Shown: positions 19,271-30,535, counted from the stretch's first letter. The stretch: DNA of 64,000 bases from Candidatus Staskawiczbacteria bacterium (GCA_041659225.1 JBAZYR010000001.1:15266-79265), one strand, 5' to 3'. Notes: generated from the letters alone by a model not told the origin. Numbers and translations: made by a program.

Positions 19271-22105
19271 CTAATTTATCAGATATCTCCCCGTATGGCT
19301 TTTTTTGTTTTTAGCGATATCTGATGGAGTGCCTTCAGCAATGATCCCGCCTCCCTTATCCCCGCCCTCAGGTCCCAAATCAATGATCCAATCAGCATTT
19401 TTGATGAGGTCTAAATTATGCTCGACAACTAAAACTGTATTTCCCTTCGCTACTAGTTCCTTCAAAACAAACAGTAGTTTCTTAATATCATCGGGATGTA
19501 ATCCGGTTGTCGGCTCGTCTAATATATACAGAGTCCTGCCCGTAGCTTTTCTTGCCAGCTCATTGGCTAATTTAATTCTTTGAGCTTCTCCGCCAGACAA
19601 AGATGGGGCGGGCTGGCCTACCTCCATGTATGAAAGGCCTACATCCTTTAAAGTTTTAAATTTGGCAAAAAGGCCGGGGACGTTTCTGAAAAACTCCATT
19701 GCTTCTTCAATGGTCAGGCCCAGAACTTCGGCGATATTCTTTTCTTTGTATTCAATGGACAAAACTTCCTTACTGTATCTTTTCCCCCTGCACTCCTGGC
19801 ATTCAACGTAAATATCAGGCAAGAAATACATTTCAACCTTGATCTGGCCTTGACCTTCACAAGCTTCGCATCTTCCGCCTTTCACATTGAAACTAAACCT
19901 CCCTGGGCCGTATCCTCTGACTCTTGCTTCTTTGGTTTTTGTAAAGATGTCCCGGATGTACGAAAAAGCACCAGTATAGGTTGCTGGGTTAGACCTTGGA
20001 GTCCGGCCTATGGCCGATTGGTCCACCAAAACAACCTTATTCAAATGTTCTATTCCTAAAATCTCCTTGAACTTCCCCGGCTCGTCTTTGGCGCGATAAA
20101 ATCTTTGCAACAAATACCTCGCTAAGATATCTGACACCAAAGAACTCTTTCCCGAGCCGGATACTCCAGTCACGCAAACAAACTTTCCTAGCGGGAAATT
20201 AACATTAATGTTTTTTAAATTATGCTCCTCGGCACCGATTATAGTTAAATATTTTTGCGTTTCCGGTTCTTTAGATTTTTTTGGTTTTCCAGATATCACT
20301 TCTACCTGCTTGCGGCCGGAAAGATAATCTCCCGTAAGGGTGCGTGATTTTAGTAATTGCTGGGGATTGCCCTCAAACACTATTTTCCCACCGTGTTTGC
20401 CTGCCCCCGGGCCCACTTCAACTATCCAATCGGCAGCCATCATTGTTTGAGGATCGTGTTCCACTACTATAATCGTGTTCCCTAAGTCCCTTAATTTCTT
20501 TAAAGTTTCTATAAGCTTATGCTGATCTCGGGGGTGCAGGCCGATTGAAGGTTCGTCGAGGATATATAACACTCCCGACAGCCTTGAGCCGATTTGAGTC
20601 GCCAGCCTTATTCTTTGCTCCTCCCCTCCGGATAAAGTCGATGCTCTCCTATCGAGCGTTAAATATCCTAGTCCAACATCAGTCAAAAACTCTATCCGAT
20701 TAATAATTTCTTTGATTATGGGCTGAGATATTTTTAAATCAGAGCTCTGGATTTTGAGCTTTGGGTCTTTATTCTCTACAATGCTCTCAAAGAATCCTTT
20801 TACTTTCTCAATACTCATCTCAACAATTTTATCAATTGCATATCCGCCGACAGTAACTGCTAATACCTCTGGCTTTAATCTCTTGCCCAGACACTTCGGA
20901 CACTGCTTGATTACCATATACTGCTCAATTTCCTGTCGCGTCCAGTCAGAATCTGTTTCATGATATCTTCTCTCCAGGTTTTGTATCACGCCTTCGAACT
21001 GTCCGTCGCCAAAAAGAATAACGTCTACAATTTTTTTCGGTAAATTTTTGACTTCCTCGTCCAAGGAAAAGTTATACTTGTCAGCTAGCTCAGAAAGCTT
21101 AGCCCAAAAGTATCCCTGTCTTCCGACTTTGTGGGAGGCGCGCATCCAAGGCATGATGGCTCCTTCGCTAATCGTAAGGTTTTTATTAGGAATAACTAAT
21201 TCTGGATCAACTTCTAACTTTTCCCCCAAGCCGGTACACTCGGGACACGCTCCAAAGGGGTTATTGAAAGAAAAAAGCCTCGGCTCTAATTCAGGCAAAG
21301 AGATTCCGCATTCTTCGCAGGCAAAATGCTCAGAAAAGACTAAATCGGTTTTGGATTTAGACGTGCTAATTAGTACCATCCCTTTTCCAAGCTTTAATCC
21401 TGTTTCAACTGAATCTGCCAATCTTGACCTGTCTAAATCTTTATCTAGAACTAATCGGTCAACTACGACTTCAATGTTATGTTTTTTATTCTTATCAATA
21501 GTCTGCCCTAAAACTTCTTCTATCCTATAGACAATCCCGTTTAACCTAACTCGTATAAACCCTCCTCTCTGGATTTCTTCCAAGGTTCCATAATGTTCGC
21601 CCTTCTTGCCGCGTATAACCGGACCCAGAATAGTAATTTCAGAGTTCTTGGGTAACTTTAGTATTTGATCAATAATCTGGTCCACTGTTTGCCGAGAAAT
21701 GGATTTCCCGCATTTCGGACAATGGGGTTTTCCGATTCTTGCAAACAAAAGACGGAGATAGTCATATATCTCTGTGATTGTTCCTACAGTCGATCGGGGG
21801 TTATGCGAACCTTTCCGCTGATCAATGGAGATTGCGGGAGAGATACCCTCAATTTTATCAACGTCTGGTTTGTCCATCACGCCGAGGAACTGCCTGGCAT
21901 AAGCAGACAGGCTTTCTACATATCTTCTTTGACCCTCGGCGTACAAGGTATCAAAAGCTAAGGAGGATTTGCCAGAGCCGGAAAGTCCAGTGATTACAAC
22001 CAGTTTATTCTTAGGTATGTCTAAGTCCACATTTTTTAAGTTGTGGACTCTCGCGCCTCGAATTTTGATAAAATTCTCTGCCATAAAGTATGTTATTATA
22101 CTCAA
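19271..22105 (-). CDS. uvrA: Excinuclease ABC subunit A (UvrA)
   Basis: Two ABC ATPase modules ([25 protein letters not shown]), ABC signature motifs LSGGE, and zinc-finger CxxC pairs. Confidence 0.95.
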   Translation of the reverse strand: MSIITYFMAENFIKIRGARVHNLKNVDLDIPKNKLVVITGLSGSGKSSLAFDTLYAEGQRRYVESLSAYARQFLGVMDKPDVDKIEGISPAISIDQRKGSHNPRSTVGTITEIYDYLRLLFARIGKPHCPKCGKSISRQTVDQIIDQILKLPKNSEITILGPVIRGKKGEHYGTLEEIQRGGFIRVRLNGIVYRIEEVLGQTIDKNKKHNIEVVVDRLVLDKDLDRSRLADSVETGLKLGKGMVLISTSKSKTDLVFSEHFACEECGISLPELEPRLFSFNNPFGACPECTGLGEKLEVDPELVIPNKNLTISEGAIMPWMRASHKVGRQGYFWAKLSELADKYNFSLDEEVKNLPKKIVDVILFGDGQFEGVIQNLERRYHETDSDWTRQEIEQYMVIKQCPKCLGKRLKPEVLAVTVGGYAIDKIVEMSIEKVKGFFESIVENKDPKLKIQSSDLKISQPIIKEIINRIEFLTDVGLGYLTLDRRASTLSGGEEQRIRLATQIGSRLSGVLYILDEPSIGLHPRDQHKLIETLKKLRDLGNTIIVVEHDPQTMMAADWIVEVGPGAGKHGGKIVFEGNPQQLLKSRTLTGDYLSGRKQVEVISGKPKKSKEPETQKYLTIIGAEEHNLKNINVNFPLGKFVCVTGVSGSGKSSLVSDILARYLLQRFYRAKDEPGKFKEILGIEHLNKVVLVDQSAIGRTPRSNPATYTGAFSYIRDIFTKTKEARVRGYGPGRFSFNVKGGRCEACEGQGQIKVEMYFLPDIYVECQECRGKRYSKEVLSIEYKEKNIAEVLGLTIEEAMEFFRNVPGLFAKFKTLKDVGLSYMEVGQPAPSLSGGEAQRIKLANELARKATGRTLYILDEPTTGLHPDDIKKLLFVLKELVAKGNTVLVVEHNLDLIKNADWIIDLGPEGGDKGGGIIAEGTPSDIAKNKKSHTGRYLIN

Positions 22106-22172
22106 GATTCAAGAATTGTTCAAGGGTTTGGCATATCGCACTTTTCCTTATCCTGTAGTATTATATATCACT

Positions 22173-23405
22173 ATGGAGAAATTCATTTTCCTGCAAAAAG
22201 AAAAACTGGGAGAGTTGCCGAGAAACACTGGTATATATGCGTTCAAGGGCGCTAATGACTTGATATATATAGGGAAGGCAGCGGATATACGAGAAAGAGT
22301 AAAGAATCATTTCCAGCAACCCACATACCGAGACGACCTATTTATCGACCAAATTAAAAATATCGGCTATATCCGCACAAACTCTGAGATCGAAGCTCTG
22401 CTTTTAGAAGCTCAACTGATTAAAAAATATCAGCCAAAATTCAATGTAATTTGGCGAGACGACAAAAACTATTTTTACATAGCAATCACCAAAGAAGCCC
22501 TCCCTAAAATTTTTATCACTCATCAGCCGAAGGCTGGAGCCGATCACGTCGGTCCTTTTGTCGACGGCAAGGCCGTGAAGGAAACTCTCAGGTTTCTAAG
22601 AAAAATATTCCCCTATTATACGAAGAAACACCCTGCAAAACTCTGCCCATGGTGTCACTTAGGATTATGTCCGGGGCCTGACCCCGATCCTAAGGAATAC
22701 CAAAAAAGTATTCGGAACCTAATGGGCGTGCTGGAAGGTAAAAAAAGGAAGACTATATTATCCTTGCAAAAAGAAATCAAGCTGCTATCTAAAAACCAAA
22801 ATTACGAAAAAGCAGCGAAGGTGCGCGACCAAATTTTTGCTTTGGAGAAAATAATATCAAACGCGAGAATATTTAAAAGATCCCAGCCATTAGAATATAA
22901 CTGGGATGCGACTCAAAAATTGCTTCAAAAGATTATACTCTCTAACAAGAGCATAAAAAGAATCGAAGGATATGATATTTCCAACACCCAAGGCAAGCAA
23001 GCCACTGCCTCGATGGTGGTTTTTACAAACGGCCAGCCGGATAAAAATGAATACAAAAAATTCAAAATACGAATCACAGACGAACCAAATGATGTAGCTA
23101 TGATAAAAGAAGCTTTAAAAAGAAGGCTTAATCATCCCGAGTGGCCGTACCCAGATTTGATATTAATCGACGGTGGAAAGCCACAGCTGAATGCCGCTAA
23201 ATCAGTTGTGGACAAAGCAATTCCAATTATCGCATTAGCTAAACGACGCAATGAGCTATATATTGGAAGCAAGAAAACGCCTGTTTTACTAAAAAAGCTT
23301 CCGCGCGAGATATTCAACTTAATTCTGCAAATTCGGGACGAAAGCCACAGGTTTGCTATTGCTTACCACAAAAAACTGCGGGAAAAACATTTGCTATTTT
23401 CCTAA
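22173..23405 (+). CDS. uvrC: Excinuclease ABC subunit C (UvrC), compact form (410 aa) lacking the C-terminal (HhH)2 domain
   Basis: GIY-YIG domain ([24 protein letters not shown]), a UVR motif ([15 protein letters not shown]) and the UvrC RNase-H-like domain ([11 protein letters not shown]...[14 protein letters not shown]...RDESHRFAI). The track ORF is trimmed to the ATG at 22173 (MEKFIFLQ). It is divergent from uvrA. Confidence 0.8.
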   Translation: MEKFIFLQKEKLGELPRNTGIYAFKGANDLIYIGKAADIRERVKNHFQQPTYRDDLFIDQIKNIGYIRTNSEIEALLLEAQLIKKYQPKFNVIWRDDKNYFYIAITKEALPKIFITHQPKAGADHVGPFVDGKAVKETLRFLRKIFPYYTKKHPAKLCPWCHLGLCPGPDPDPKEYQKSIRNLMGVLEGKKRKTILSLQKEIKLLSKNQNYEKAAKVRDQIFALEKIISNARIFKRSQPLEYNWDATQKLLQKIILSNKSIKRIEGYDISNTQGKQATASMVVFTNGQPDKNEYKKFKIRITDEPNDVAMIKEALKRRLNHPEWPYPDLILIDGGKPQLNAAKSVVDKAIPIIALAKRRNELYIGSKKTPVLLKKLPREIFNLILQIRDESHRFAIAYHKKLREKHLLFS

Positions 23406-23426
23406 ATATTTGCTATTATCAGAAAG

Positions 23427-23822
23427 ATGATACGAAAGGTAATCTCTCATATAGTGGCTGGTATTTTGGGTTTATGGCTGGCTACTTTGTTTATCTCGGG
23501 GGTAAGTATAAAAGTTTTACCGGACTCTACCTTCTTCGGAATTCCCTTATCAACCACTTGGCATGTAATAATCCTGCTTGGCGTTATAATCGGCTTGCTG
23601 AATATATTCTTAAAACCAATTTTAAAAACAATCACTCTGCCCTTAAGAATCATAACGCTCGGTTTATTCAGCCTGGTGATAAATATGGTTCTAATCTGGG
23701 CCGTTGACTTAATATTCCGAGAATTAACCATTGTTTGGTTCCTTCCCCTGCTCTACACAACCTTAATAATCTGGGCCCTAAGTATTTTAATCCCGGCCCC
23801 ATTCAGGAAAAAAGAAAAATAA
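23427..23822 (+). CDS. Four-TM membrane protein of the phage-holin-4_2 / DUF360 (YvlD-like) family
   Basis: Four hydrophobic helices. The N-terminus IVAGILGLWLATLFISGV and the block LPLRIITLGLFSLVINMVLIWA match the family pattern. Confidence 0.5.
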   Translation: MIRKVISHIVAGILGLWLATLFISGVSIKVLPDSTFFGIPLSTTWHVIILLGVIIGLLNIFLKPILKTITLPLRIITLGLFSLVINMVLIWAVDLIFRELTIVWFLPLLYTTLIIWALSILIPAPFRKKEK

Positions 23823-23829
23823 ATAAAAC

Positions 23830-24048
23830 ATGCAACAATATTTACTCATAGCTCAAATCGTAGTTTCCATATTAATAATAATTAGTATCGTTTTGCAGCA
23901 AAAGGGGGCAGCCCTTGGGTCTGCTTTTGGCGGAGGCGGAGCCGAATCTTATTCCAGCAAGCGCGGAATGGAGAAAAAACTTTACTACGCCACAATAATC
24001 CTAGCGGGTATTTTCATACTTCTGGGAATTTTCAATCTTTTAATCTAA
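23830..24048 (+). CDS. secG: Preprotein translocase subunit SecG
   Basis: 72 aa with two TM helices around a Gly-rich loop (LQQKGAALGSAFGGGGAESYSSKRGMEKKL). Confidence 0.7.
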   Translation: MQQYLLIAQIVVSILIIISIVLQQKGAALGSAFGGGGAESYSSKRGMEKKLYYATIILAGIFILLGIFNLLI

Positions 24049-26027
24049 TGAAGCAAATTCGCTTTCCAAAGTTTTCTCAGTGGAAAAGAATTTTTAAGAT
24101 ACTCCACAAAAAAGAAAAAATAGCTTTTTCAACGCTTTTGGCTTTAGCCGGCATATCTTTCATTGTTCTCTTCACCAGCATATATATCAATAACACTATA
24201 GTTGTTCCCAAATCCGGGGGATCTTTTATTGAAGGCGCGGTGGGGCAGCCAAGGTTCCTAAATCCTATATATGGCGAAACGAGCGATATTGACCGTGATT
24301 TGACTGAACTTATCTTCTCGGGCCTAATGACGTACGACAATAATGGTCAGATCATTACCGACTTAGTTGAGGAATACAAAATTTCAGAGGACGGAAGAAC
24401 TTATGAGTTTAAATTGAAGCCGAACATCCTTTGGCACGACGGAGAATCTCTTACATCAGATGATGTAATTTTCACAATCCAAACGATCCAAAATTCTGAC
24501 TATAAAAGCCCTATTAGGGCGAACTGGCTGGATGTTGAAACAGAAAAAATCTCTGGCACATCCTTTAAATTAAGACTTAAAAGTCCTTACAACTCTTTCC
24601 TGGAAAACTGCACTTTGAAAATAATACCGAAGCATGTTTGGGAGAACATTCTACCTGAAAACTTTGCTCTTTCCTTCTATAACCTCCAACCAATCGGCTC
24701 CGGCCCCTATAAATTCAAGGGGTTAAAGCAAACAGACGCCGGATTTATCAAATCCATAGTATTAACATCTAACCAAAACTACTATAAACAGCCTGCTTTT
24801 ATTTCAGAAATTTCTTTTAACTTTTACGAGAAAAAAGAAAATCTATTGAGCGCGGTCAATAGGAGAGAAATCCATAGCTTCTCATCCTCATACCTAAGCG
24901 ACCAATCTTCTGCACCGAAAAGCTTTGTTCTTCATTCTATGGAAACGCCCAGATATTTTTCCGTTTTCTTAAACATTGCGAATTCTGATATTGTCTCCGA
25001 TAAAAAAATCCGGGAGGCCCTGAACTATGCAACCGATAAAAAAGGAATAGTTGACGCTTTAAACGCCTCTTTCTCAAAGAAATACAATGCTGATCCGTTC
25101 CATACCATCGAATCCCCGATCCTCCCCGGATTCTTCGGATACGCAAGCCCCGAAAGCACCTATGCTTTTGACCTAGAAAAAGCTAAGGAAATATTTGATA
25201 AAGCAGGCTTTAAAGAAAACGAACAAGGTTTGAGAGAAAAAAGCATTAATAAAAAACCCGCCTTCCAATTTAAAAGTTCCCTATCCGTTGGATCGAAAGG
25301 AAGCGAAGTAGAGGAACTGCAAAAATGCTTAGCCAAAGATCCTGAAATATATACAGGAGACGCAACCGGCTATTTCGGAAACGCAACCAAGGAGGGAGTA
25401 ACTAAATTCCAAAAAAAATATTTGCCTGACTTAGCAGCTAAGAGCATAGGATCTGTCGGAAAATCTACAATAACGAAATTAAATGAGCTTTGCACTCCTC
25501 CGGCCCAATCAACATTGCCGCTTAAAGTAGTAATAACTACTGTCAACCAACCCTCTTTAACCCAGGTGGCAGATATTTTAAAGTCACAATGGGCAAAGGT
25601 TGGCGTTACTGTCGAAGTGAATGTTTTAAGTATTTCTGATTTGAAATCAGTGATCAAAGATAGAAGCTATGAAAGCTTGCTTTATGGAGAAGCATTAGGA
25701 ATGCTATTTGACCCATACCCATTTTGGCATTCAAGTCAGATAATTGATCCTGGATTGAACTTAACCGGATATGAAAACGCGGCGGCAGACAAACTACTGA
25801 AGGCGGGCAGAGAGACTCTGGACGAAGCTGAGAAAAAAGAAACCTACGAAAGTTTCCAGGAAATACTACTCAGCGACGCGCCAGCCGTGTTCCTGTATAG
25901 CTCTGACTACCTATATCTGGCGAATAAAAAGACAAAAGGAATCGATGCGATAAAAATAGTGGATCCGGCAAAAAGATTCTCTAATGTTGAGGATTGGTAT
26001 ATCAAAACAAAAAGAATATGGAGATAG
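24048..26027 (+). CDS. ABC transporter substrate-binding protein, family 5 (peptide/oligopeptide-type), with an inserted peptidoglycan-binding-like module
   Basis: N-terminal TM/signal anchor. The SBP_bac_5 core (SGGSFIEGAVGQPRFLNP...). A PG_binding_1-like insert (VGSKGSEVEELQKCLAKDPEIYTGDATGYFGNATKEGVTKFQKKY). Confidence 0.7.
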   Translation: MKQIRFPKFSQWKRIFKILHKKEKIAFSTLLALAGISFIVLFTSIYINNTIVVPKSGGSFIEGAVGQPRFLNPIYGETSDIDRDLTELIFSGLMTYDNNGQIITDLVEEYKISEDGRTYEFKLKPNILWHDGESLTSDDVIFTIQTIQNSDYKSPIRANWLDVETEKISGTSFKLRLKSPYNSFLENCTLKIIPKHVWENILPENFALSFYNLQPIGSGPYKFKGLKQTDAGFIKSIVLTSNQNYYKQPAFISEISFNFYEKKENLLSAVNRREIHSFSSSYLSDQSSAPKSFVLHSMETPRYFSVFLNIANSDIVSDKKIREALNYATDKKGIVDALNASFSKKYNADPFHTIESPILPGFFGYASPESTYAFDLEKAKEIFDKAGFKENEQGLREKSINKKPAFQFKSSLSVGSKGSEVEELQKCLAKDPEIYTGDATGYFGNATKEGVTKFQKKYLPDLAAKSIGSVGKSTITKLNELCTPPAQSTLPLKVVITTVNQPSLTQVADILKSQWAKVGVTVEVNVLSISDLKSVIKDRSYESLLYGEALGMLFDPYPFWHSSQIIDPGLNLTGYENAAADKLLKAGRETLDEAEKKETYESFQEILLSDAPAVFLYSSDYLYLANKKTKGIDAIKIVDPAKRFSNVEDWYIKTKRIWR

Positions 26028-26599
26028 ACTTTAGCGACAAAAAACCGGATATCAGATACTTAGACGACATGAGAATGGTTCTTTCCGATAAAGAATGGGC
26101 AAAGACCGCACCGAACCTTGAACTATACAATATGTACCGCTCCTTAGAAACGAAAGACGGGGTAAGGTACGACATCACCGTGATCCCGCCTGCTATGTTG
26201 GGCGATGAATTTGTTAAAACTAAAGGCCACGAGCATCTCAACAACCGCGGAGAAATATATATAGTTCTCGAAGGACAAGCTATTTATCTTATGCAGAGAA
26301 GAACAGAAGACCACGTTGACGATGCTTATGCGGTAAAGGCAAAAAAGGGCGATGTAGTAATCATCCCTCCCCTATACGGACACACTACTATCAATCCTTC
26401 GAACGAAACCTTAAAAATGGGCAACTGGATTGCATCCGAGTGCAAAAATTATTTTGCTTTCTTTGAAAAGATGCAAGGCGCCTGCTACTATTACACAAAA
26501 AATGGCTGGGTCAAAAACGAAGCGTATAAAGATGCTCCTGCGCTTCGATACGAAGAACCCTCAAAATCTCTCCCAGAAGATTTAAACTTCTTAAAATAA
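26018..26599 (+). CDS. Cupin-type (archaeal-type) glucose-6-phosphate isomerase
   Basis: Cupin metal site TKGHEHLNNRGEIYIVLEGQ plus IIPPLYGHTTIN. About 190 aa, from the internal ATG MEIDFSD, which overlaps the end of the SBP gene. Confidence 0.6.
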   Translation: MEIDFSDKKPDIRYLDDMRMVLSDKEWAKTAPNLELYNMYRSLETKDGVRYDITVIPPAMLGDEFVKTKGHEHLNNRGEIYIVLEGQAIYLMQRRTEDHVDDAYAVKAKKGDVVIIPPLYGHTTINPSNETLKMGNWIASECKNYFAFFEKMQGACYYYTKNGWVKNEAYKDAPALRYEEPSKSLPEDLNFLK

Positions 26600-26603
26600 A
26601 CCT

Positions 26604-26688
26604 GCCGCGGTGGTGAAATTGGCAAACACGTACGGTTCAGAGCCGTATCCCGCAAGGGTTGTGGGTTCAACTCCCACCCGCGGCACCA
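26604..26688 (+). tRNA. tRNA-Leu (anticodon CAG), type II, CCA encoded
   Basis: Acceptor GCCGCGG/CCGCGGC, anticodon stem TACGG/CCGTA with loop TTCAGAG, long variable arm, T-arm GTGGG-TTCAACT-CCCAC, 3' ACCA. Confidence 0.8.
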
Positions 26689-26719
26689 AATCACACTCTT
26701 AACAATTAACTAAACAAAT

Positions 26720-28456
26720 ATGAACAGACAAAGAAATCTAGCACCTGCTAGAAAAGAAAACCCTATAGCCAAGCAGGCTTGGTTCGGGACAAACAGCTTA
26801 AAAATTATTCCTCTCGGAGGATGCGAAGAAGTTGGAAGGAACATGACGGTTTTTGAATATGGGAAAGATATTGTAATCATTGATATGGGTATTCAGTTTC
26901 CAGAAGAAGATATGCCTGGAATTGATTATGTAATCCCGAATATCGACTATTTAAAAGGAAAAGAAAAAAACATCCGGGGCGTTCTTTTCTCCCACGGTCA
27001 CTTAGACCATATCGGAGCCGCCCATATACTTTTGGAGAAATTGGGCAATCCTTTAATTATCGGTCGGCCGCTTACAATAGAAATGATAAAAAGGAGATAC
27101 GAGGATGCAAGGCGGGGAAGCTCGAAAAAACTGAATATAACTTACGTTAAAGATATTAACGACAAGATAAGCTTGGGAGTATTTAATATAAGCTTCTTCC
27201 AGGTAGACCATGCCATTATGGATGCTGTTGGAACCATACTGCAGACTCCGCCAGCGACAATAATACACCCCGGCGACTGGACAATTGAGAGACAACCGGT
27301 CGGGAGAAAGGAGATAAAATACTCAGAACTCGCAAAATTGAAAAGGCCAACCATTCTAATGCTCGAAAGCATAGGCGCAGTTAACAAAGAGATGCCGGTT
27401 ACAGAAGAGGAGATGTTAAAAAACCTGCACGGTTTGATCAGTTCAGCGCCAGGCAGAATAATCGTCGCTACTTTTTCTTCACAACTGCAAAGGATAAAAC
27501 AAATCCTTGAATATGCCCAAAAGGTCAACAAGAAGGTTGCTTTTGACGGCTACTCGATGAAGCTGAATGTTGAAATAGCAAAGGAGCTTGGATATATCAA
27601 GCCGATGAAAGACGTAATAATTCCCATTGACAGAATACATGAATATCCAGAGAATAAAATAGTGATAATATGCACTGGGGGTCAAGGGGAAGAAATGTCC
27701 GTGCTCCCAAGAATAACAACCGGGAATCATCGGTACATTAAGATAAAAAAGAGTGATACTGTTATCTTCTCCTCGTCTATAATCCCAGGCAACGAAAGAG
27801 CAATACAACGGTTAAAAGATAATCTTTACAGGCTTTCTGACAATGTAATTCACGGAGAGATAATGGACGTTCACATATCCGGACATAGCAATATATTCGA
27901 TATTGAAAAAATAATCAAAGATATTAAGCCTGACTATTTCATACCTGTTTACGCCAACCACTACATGCTAAAGGAAGCTGCGAAGATAGCATATAACAGC
28001 GGTGTGCCCAAGGATAAAGTATTTATTCCGGATAATGGTTCGGTTATAGAAGTTACAGGCAGCGGAGTAAAAGTATTGAAAGAAAAAGTTCAAACCAGCT
28101 ATGTGTTCGTCGACGGACTAGGCGTTGGGGATGTAGGAGAGATCGTTCTAAGGGACCGCCAGGTTCTTTCAAACGATGGCATGTTTGTTATCGTAGCTAT
28201 CGTAGACAGACAAACAGGTAAAGTAAGAGGATCACCGGATATAATTTCCAGAGGATTTGTCTATCTCAAAGAGTCAAAAGACTTATTGGCGCAGACAAGA
28301 AGGAAAGTAATTGATATAGTAGATAAAGCAGCCGGATCTGGCGGAGCGATAAACTGGGTATATATCAAAGACGAAATAAGAAACAAGGTTGGAGACTTCC
28401 TACACTCCAAAACAGAACGTCGGCCAATGGTTCTGCCCGTAGTTATCGAGGTATAA
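26720..28456 (+). CDS. rnj: Ribonuclease J (metallo-beta-lactamase / beta-CASP RNase)
   Basis: HGHLDHIGA motif, beta-CASP and C-terminal domain, length 578 aa. Confidence 0.85.
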   Translation: MNRQRNLAPARKENPIAKQAWFGTNSLKIIPLGGCEEVGRNMTVFEYGKDIVIIDMGIQFPEEDMPGIDYVIPNIDYLKGKEKNIRGVLFSHGHLDHIGAAHILLEKLGNPLIIGRPLTIEMIKRRYEDARRGSSKKLNITYVKDINDKISLGVFNISFFQVDHAIMDAVGTILQTPPATIIHPGDWTIERQPVGRKEIKYSELAKLKRPTILMLESIGAVNKEMPVTEEEMLKNLHGLISSAPGRIIVATFSSQLQRIKQILEYAQKVNKKVAFDGYSMKLNVEIAKELGYIKPMKDVIIPIDRIHEYPENKIVIICTGGQGEEMSVLPRITTGNHRYIKIKKSDTVIFSSSIIPGNERAIQRLKDNLYRLSDNVIHGEIMDVHISGHSNIFDIEKIIKDIKPDYFIPVYANHYMLKEAAKIAYNSGVPKDKVFIPDNGSVIEVTGSGVKVLKEKVQTSYVFVDGLGVGDVGEIVLRDRQVLSNDGMFVIVAIVDRQTGKVRGSPDIISRGFVYLKESKDLLAQTRRKVIDIVDKAAGSGGAINWVYIKDEIRNKVGDFLHSKTERRPMVLPVVIEV

Positions 28457-28470
28457 TTTAAAAAAACATT

Positions 28471-29448
28471 ATGCGCATATTATCTGGCATACAACCAACC
28501 GGAGACATTCATATCGGAAACTACTTGGGAGCTTTAAAACAGTGGATAGAGCTTCAAAATAAAAACGAGTGTATCTTTTTTGTTGCTGACTTGCATTCTC
28601 TCACTGTTCCCTACGAACAAAAATCTTTACAAAAATCCATTATTGAGAAGGTAATCTCCTACGTCGCCGCCGGCTTAGACCCTGAAAAAAGCATCATCTT
28701 TGTCCAGTCGCAAATCAAAGAACACACAGAGCTTGCTTGGTTTTTAAATACTGTCTGCCCAGTTGGCGAATTGCAGAGAATGACCCAGTATAAAGAGAAA
28801 TCGAAGAAATTCAAAGATAATATCAATGCTGCTCTTTTAGACTATCCTGTCTTGATGGCTGCAGATATTTTACTCTACCGGGCCGACGCAGTGCCAGTTG
28901 GCAAAGATCAGACGCAACACGTTGAGCTGACAAGGACTTTAGTTAGAAAGTTCAACCAGAAGTTTGGAAAAACTTTTACTGAACCCGAGACTATCATACC
29001 GAAATCCGGAGCAAAGATAATGAGCTTAGTCGACCCGAAAAAGAAGATGTCAAAGACTGATAACCCTCAAAGCTATATCTCTCTGTTCGATGAGCCTGAA
29101 GATATACAGAAAAAAATAATGTCAGCCACTACAGATTCAGGAAAACATGTGAAGTACGACCCGATTAAAAAGCCGGGTATTTCTAATCTTTTGACGATTT
29201 ACAGCCTTTTAGATAACAAATCAATAAAGGAATTGGAAAAGAAGTTCAAAGACAAAGGCTACGGTGACTTTAAAAAATCCTTGACGAAACTGGTCATAGA
29301 GTTTCTCGATCCGTTCCGCAAGAAACAAAAAGAACTTTCGCAAAGAGAGGTGTATGTAAAAGAGATATTAAGCAGAGGGAAAAACAGGGCTCAGAGTATC
29401 GCTCAAATCACAATGCAGGAGGTAAAAGAAAAGATGGGATTAATATAA
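28471..29448 (+). CDS. trpS: Tryptophanyl-tRNA synthetase
   Basis: Class I motifs: HIGN (DIHIGNYLGAL) and KMSKT. Confidence 0.9.
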   Translation: MRILSGIQPTGDIHIGNYLGALKQWIELQNKNECIFFVADLHSLTVPYEQKSLQKSIIEKVISYVAAGLDPEKSIIFVQSQIKEHTELAWFLNTVCPVGELQRMTQYKEKSKKFKDNINAALLDYPVLMAADILLYRADAVPVGKDQTQHVELTRTLVRKFNQKFGKTFTEPETIIPKSGAKIMSLVDPKKKMSKTDNPQSYISLFDEPEDIQKKIMSATTDSGKHVKYDPIKKPGISNLLTIYSLLDNKSIKELEKKFKDKGYGDFKKSLTKLVIEFLDPFRKKQKELSQREVYVKEILSRGKNRAQSIAQITMQEVKEKMGLI

Positions 29449-29458
29449 TATGCAACTA

Positions 29459-29500
29459 AAAACCAGTACCATCTATTCTAGATACACTGGTTTTTTGATA
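29459..29500 (+). terminator. Intrinsic terminator after trpS
   Basis: AACCAGT...ACTGGTT hairpin followed by TTTTTTG. Confidence 0.5.
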
Positions 29501-29521
29501 AAATAGCTAATATTTAAAAAT

Positions 29522-30514
29522 ATGAAAAAAATACTTATTATAGTTATAGTTTTAGCTCTGATTATAATCATCGTTGGTATATTTAGCTCCAAGCCCGACA
29601 AACCATATGTAAGGAGCACGGCACGAACATTTCTTATGGGTTTCGTACCAATCCCAGCGCAGCCACTTACCACCGACAACTGGCTGTCGGCTTTCGATTT
29701 ATTTAGCAAAAATTCTGATCTTGTGATGCACCACGTTCACTTTGATTCAGGTAATATCGAAGGCCTGAACTTTATTACCGGGATGGCTACAAAATATAAC
29801 TTAAAAACTTTAATCGTCATCGACCCGCTTTCAGACGATCGAACAAAAATAGATCCGGGATTATTAGCCTTGGGTAAGGACTTCGCCGATCAAAAAGTTA
29901 GGGACTCCTATACTAATTTAGCCGTAAAAGTAGCGACAGAATATTCTCCCGAATTTCTAAGTTTGGGATCTGAAATAAATACTTATTTAGCCAATAACCC
30001 GTCAGACGCAACAGCCTTTATTTCCTTAATCGAGGAAACAAACGTACAAATCAAGCAAGCGGCACCTGGGATAACAACGACTCTCAGCCTCCAATATGAA
30101 GAACTTGCCGGTAAAACCGGCAAAGCCGAGTGGGAAATAGCGAAACAATTAAATGGCACAGTTGATGCTATCGCTTTTACTACCTACCCTAGCGCTTTCT
30201 TCAATAGCCCCGAGGAAATTCCCTCGGATTATTATTCCCAGATAAAGGATAATATAACTGCCCCATTGATAATAGCTGAATCCGGCTGGCCAAGCGCAGG
30301 CTCTCATGGATCTGCAACAAAACAGAAAGCATTCGTTGAAAAACTATCGCAGGTGTCAGACGACCTTAAGGTCAAGGCTTGGATTTGGTGGTTCCCGCAT
30401 GATTGGGACGGCGCCGGCTACGCTGAAGTTTTCAAGACTATGGGATTGAGAAAAGCTAACGGGACGCCTAAGTCTGCTTGGGATAGTTGGGTCGCAATAT
30501 ATAGAGCTAATTAA
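29522..30514 (+). CDS. Secreted/membrane-anchored putative glycoside hydrolase (TIM-barrel, clan GH-A-like)
   Basis: N-terminal signal/TM. Candidate catalytic acid/base in LGSEINTY and nucleophile in IIAESGWPS. Also WIWWFPHDWDG. Confidence 0.5.
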   Translation: MKKILIIVIVLALIIIIVGIFSSKPDKPYVRSTARTFLMGFVPIPAQPLTTDNWLSAFDLFSKNSDLVMHHVHFDSGNIEGLNFITGMATKYNLKTLIVIDPLSDDRTKIDPGLLALGKDFADQKVRDSYTNLAVKVATEYSPEFLSLGSEINTYLANNPSDATAFISLIEETNVQIKQAAPGITTTLSLQYEELAGKTGKAEWEIAKQLNGTVDAIAFTTYPSAFFNSPEEIPSDYYSQIKDNITAPLIIAESGWPSAGSHGSATKQKAFVEKLSQVSDDLKVKAWIWWFPHDWDGAGYAEVFKTMGLRKANGTPKSAWDSWVAIYRAN

Positions 30515-30535
30515 CAAACTACTTATTACAGAAAA

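Noticed and set aside
26491-26694. 67-aa minus-strand ORF
   Set aside because: Overlaps tRNA-Leu(CAG) exactly; spurious.
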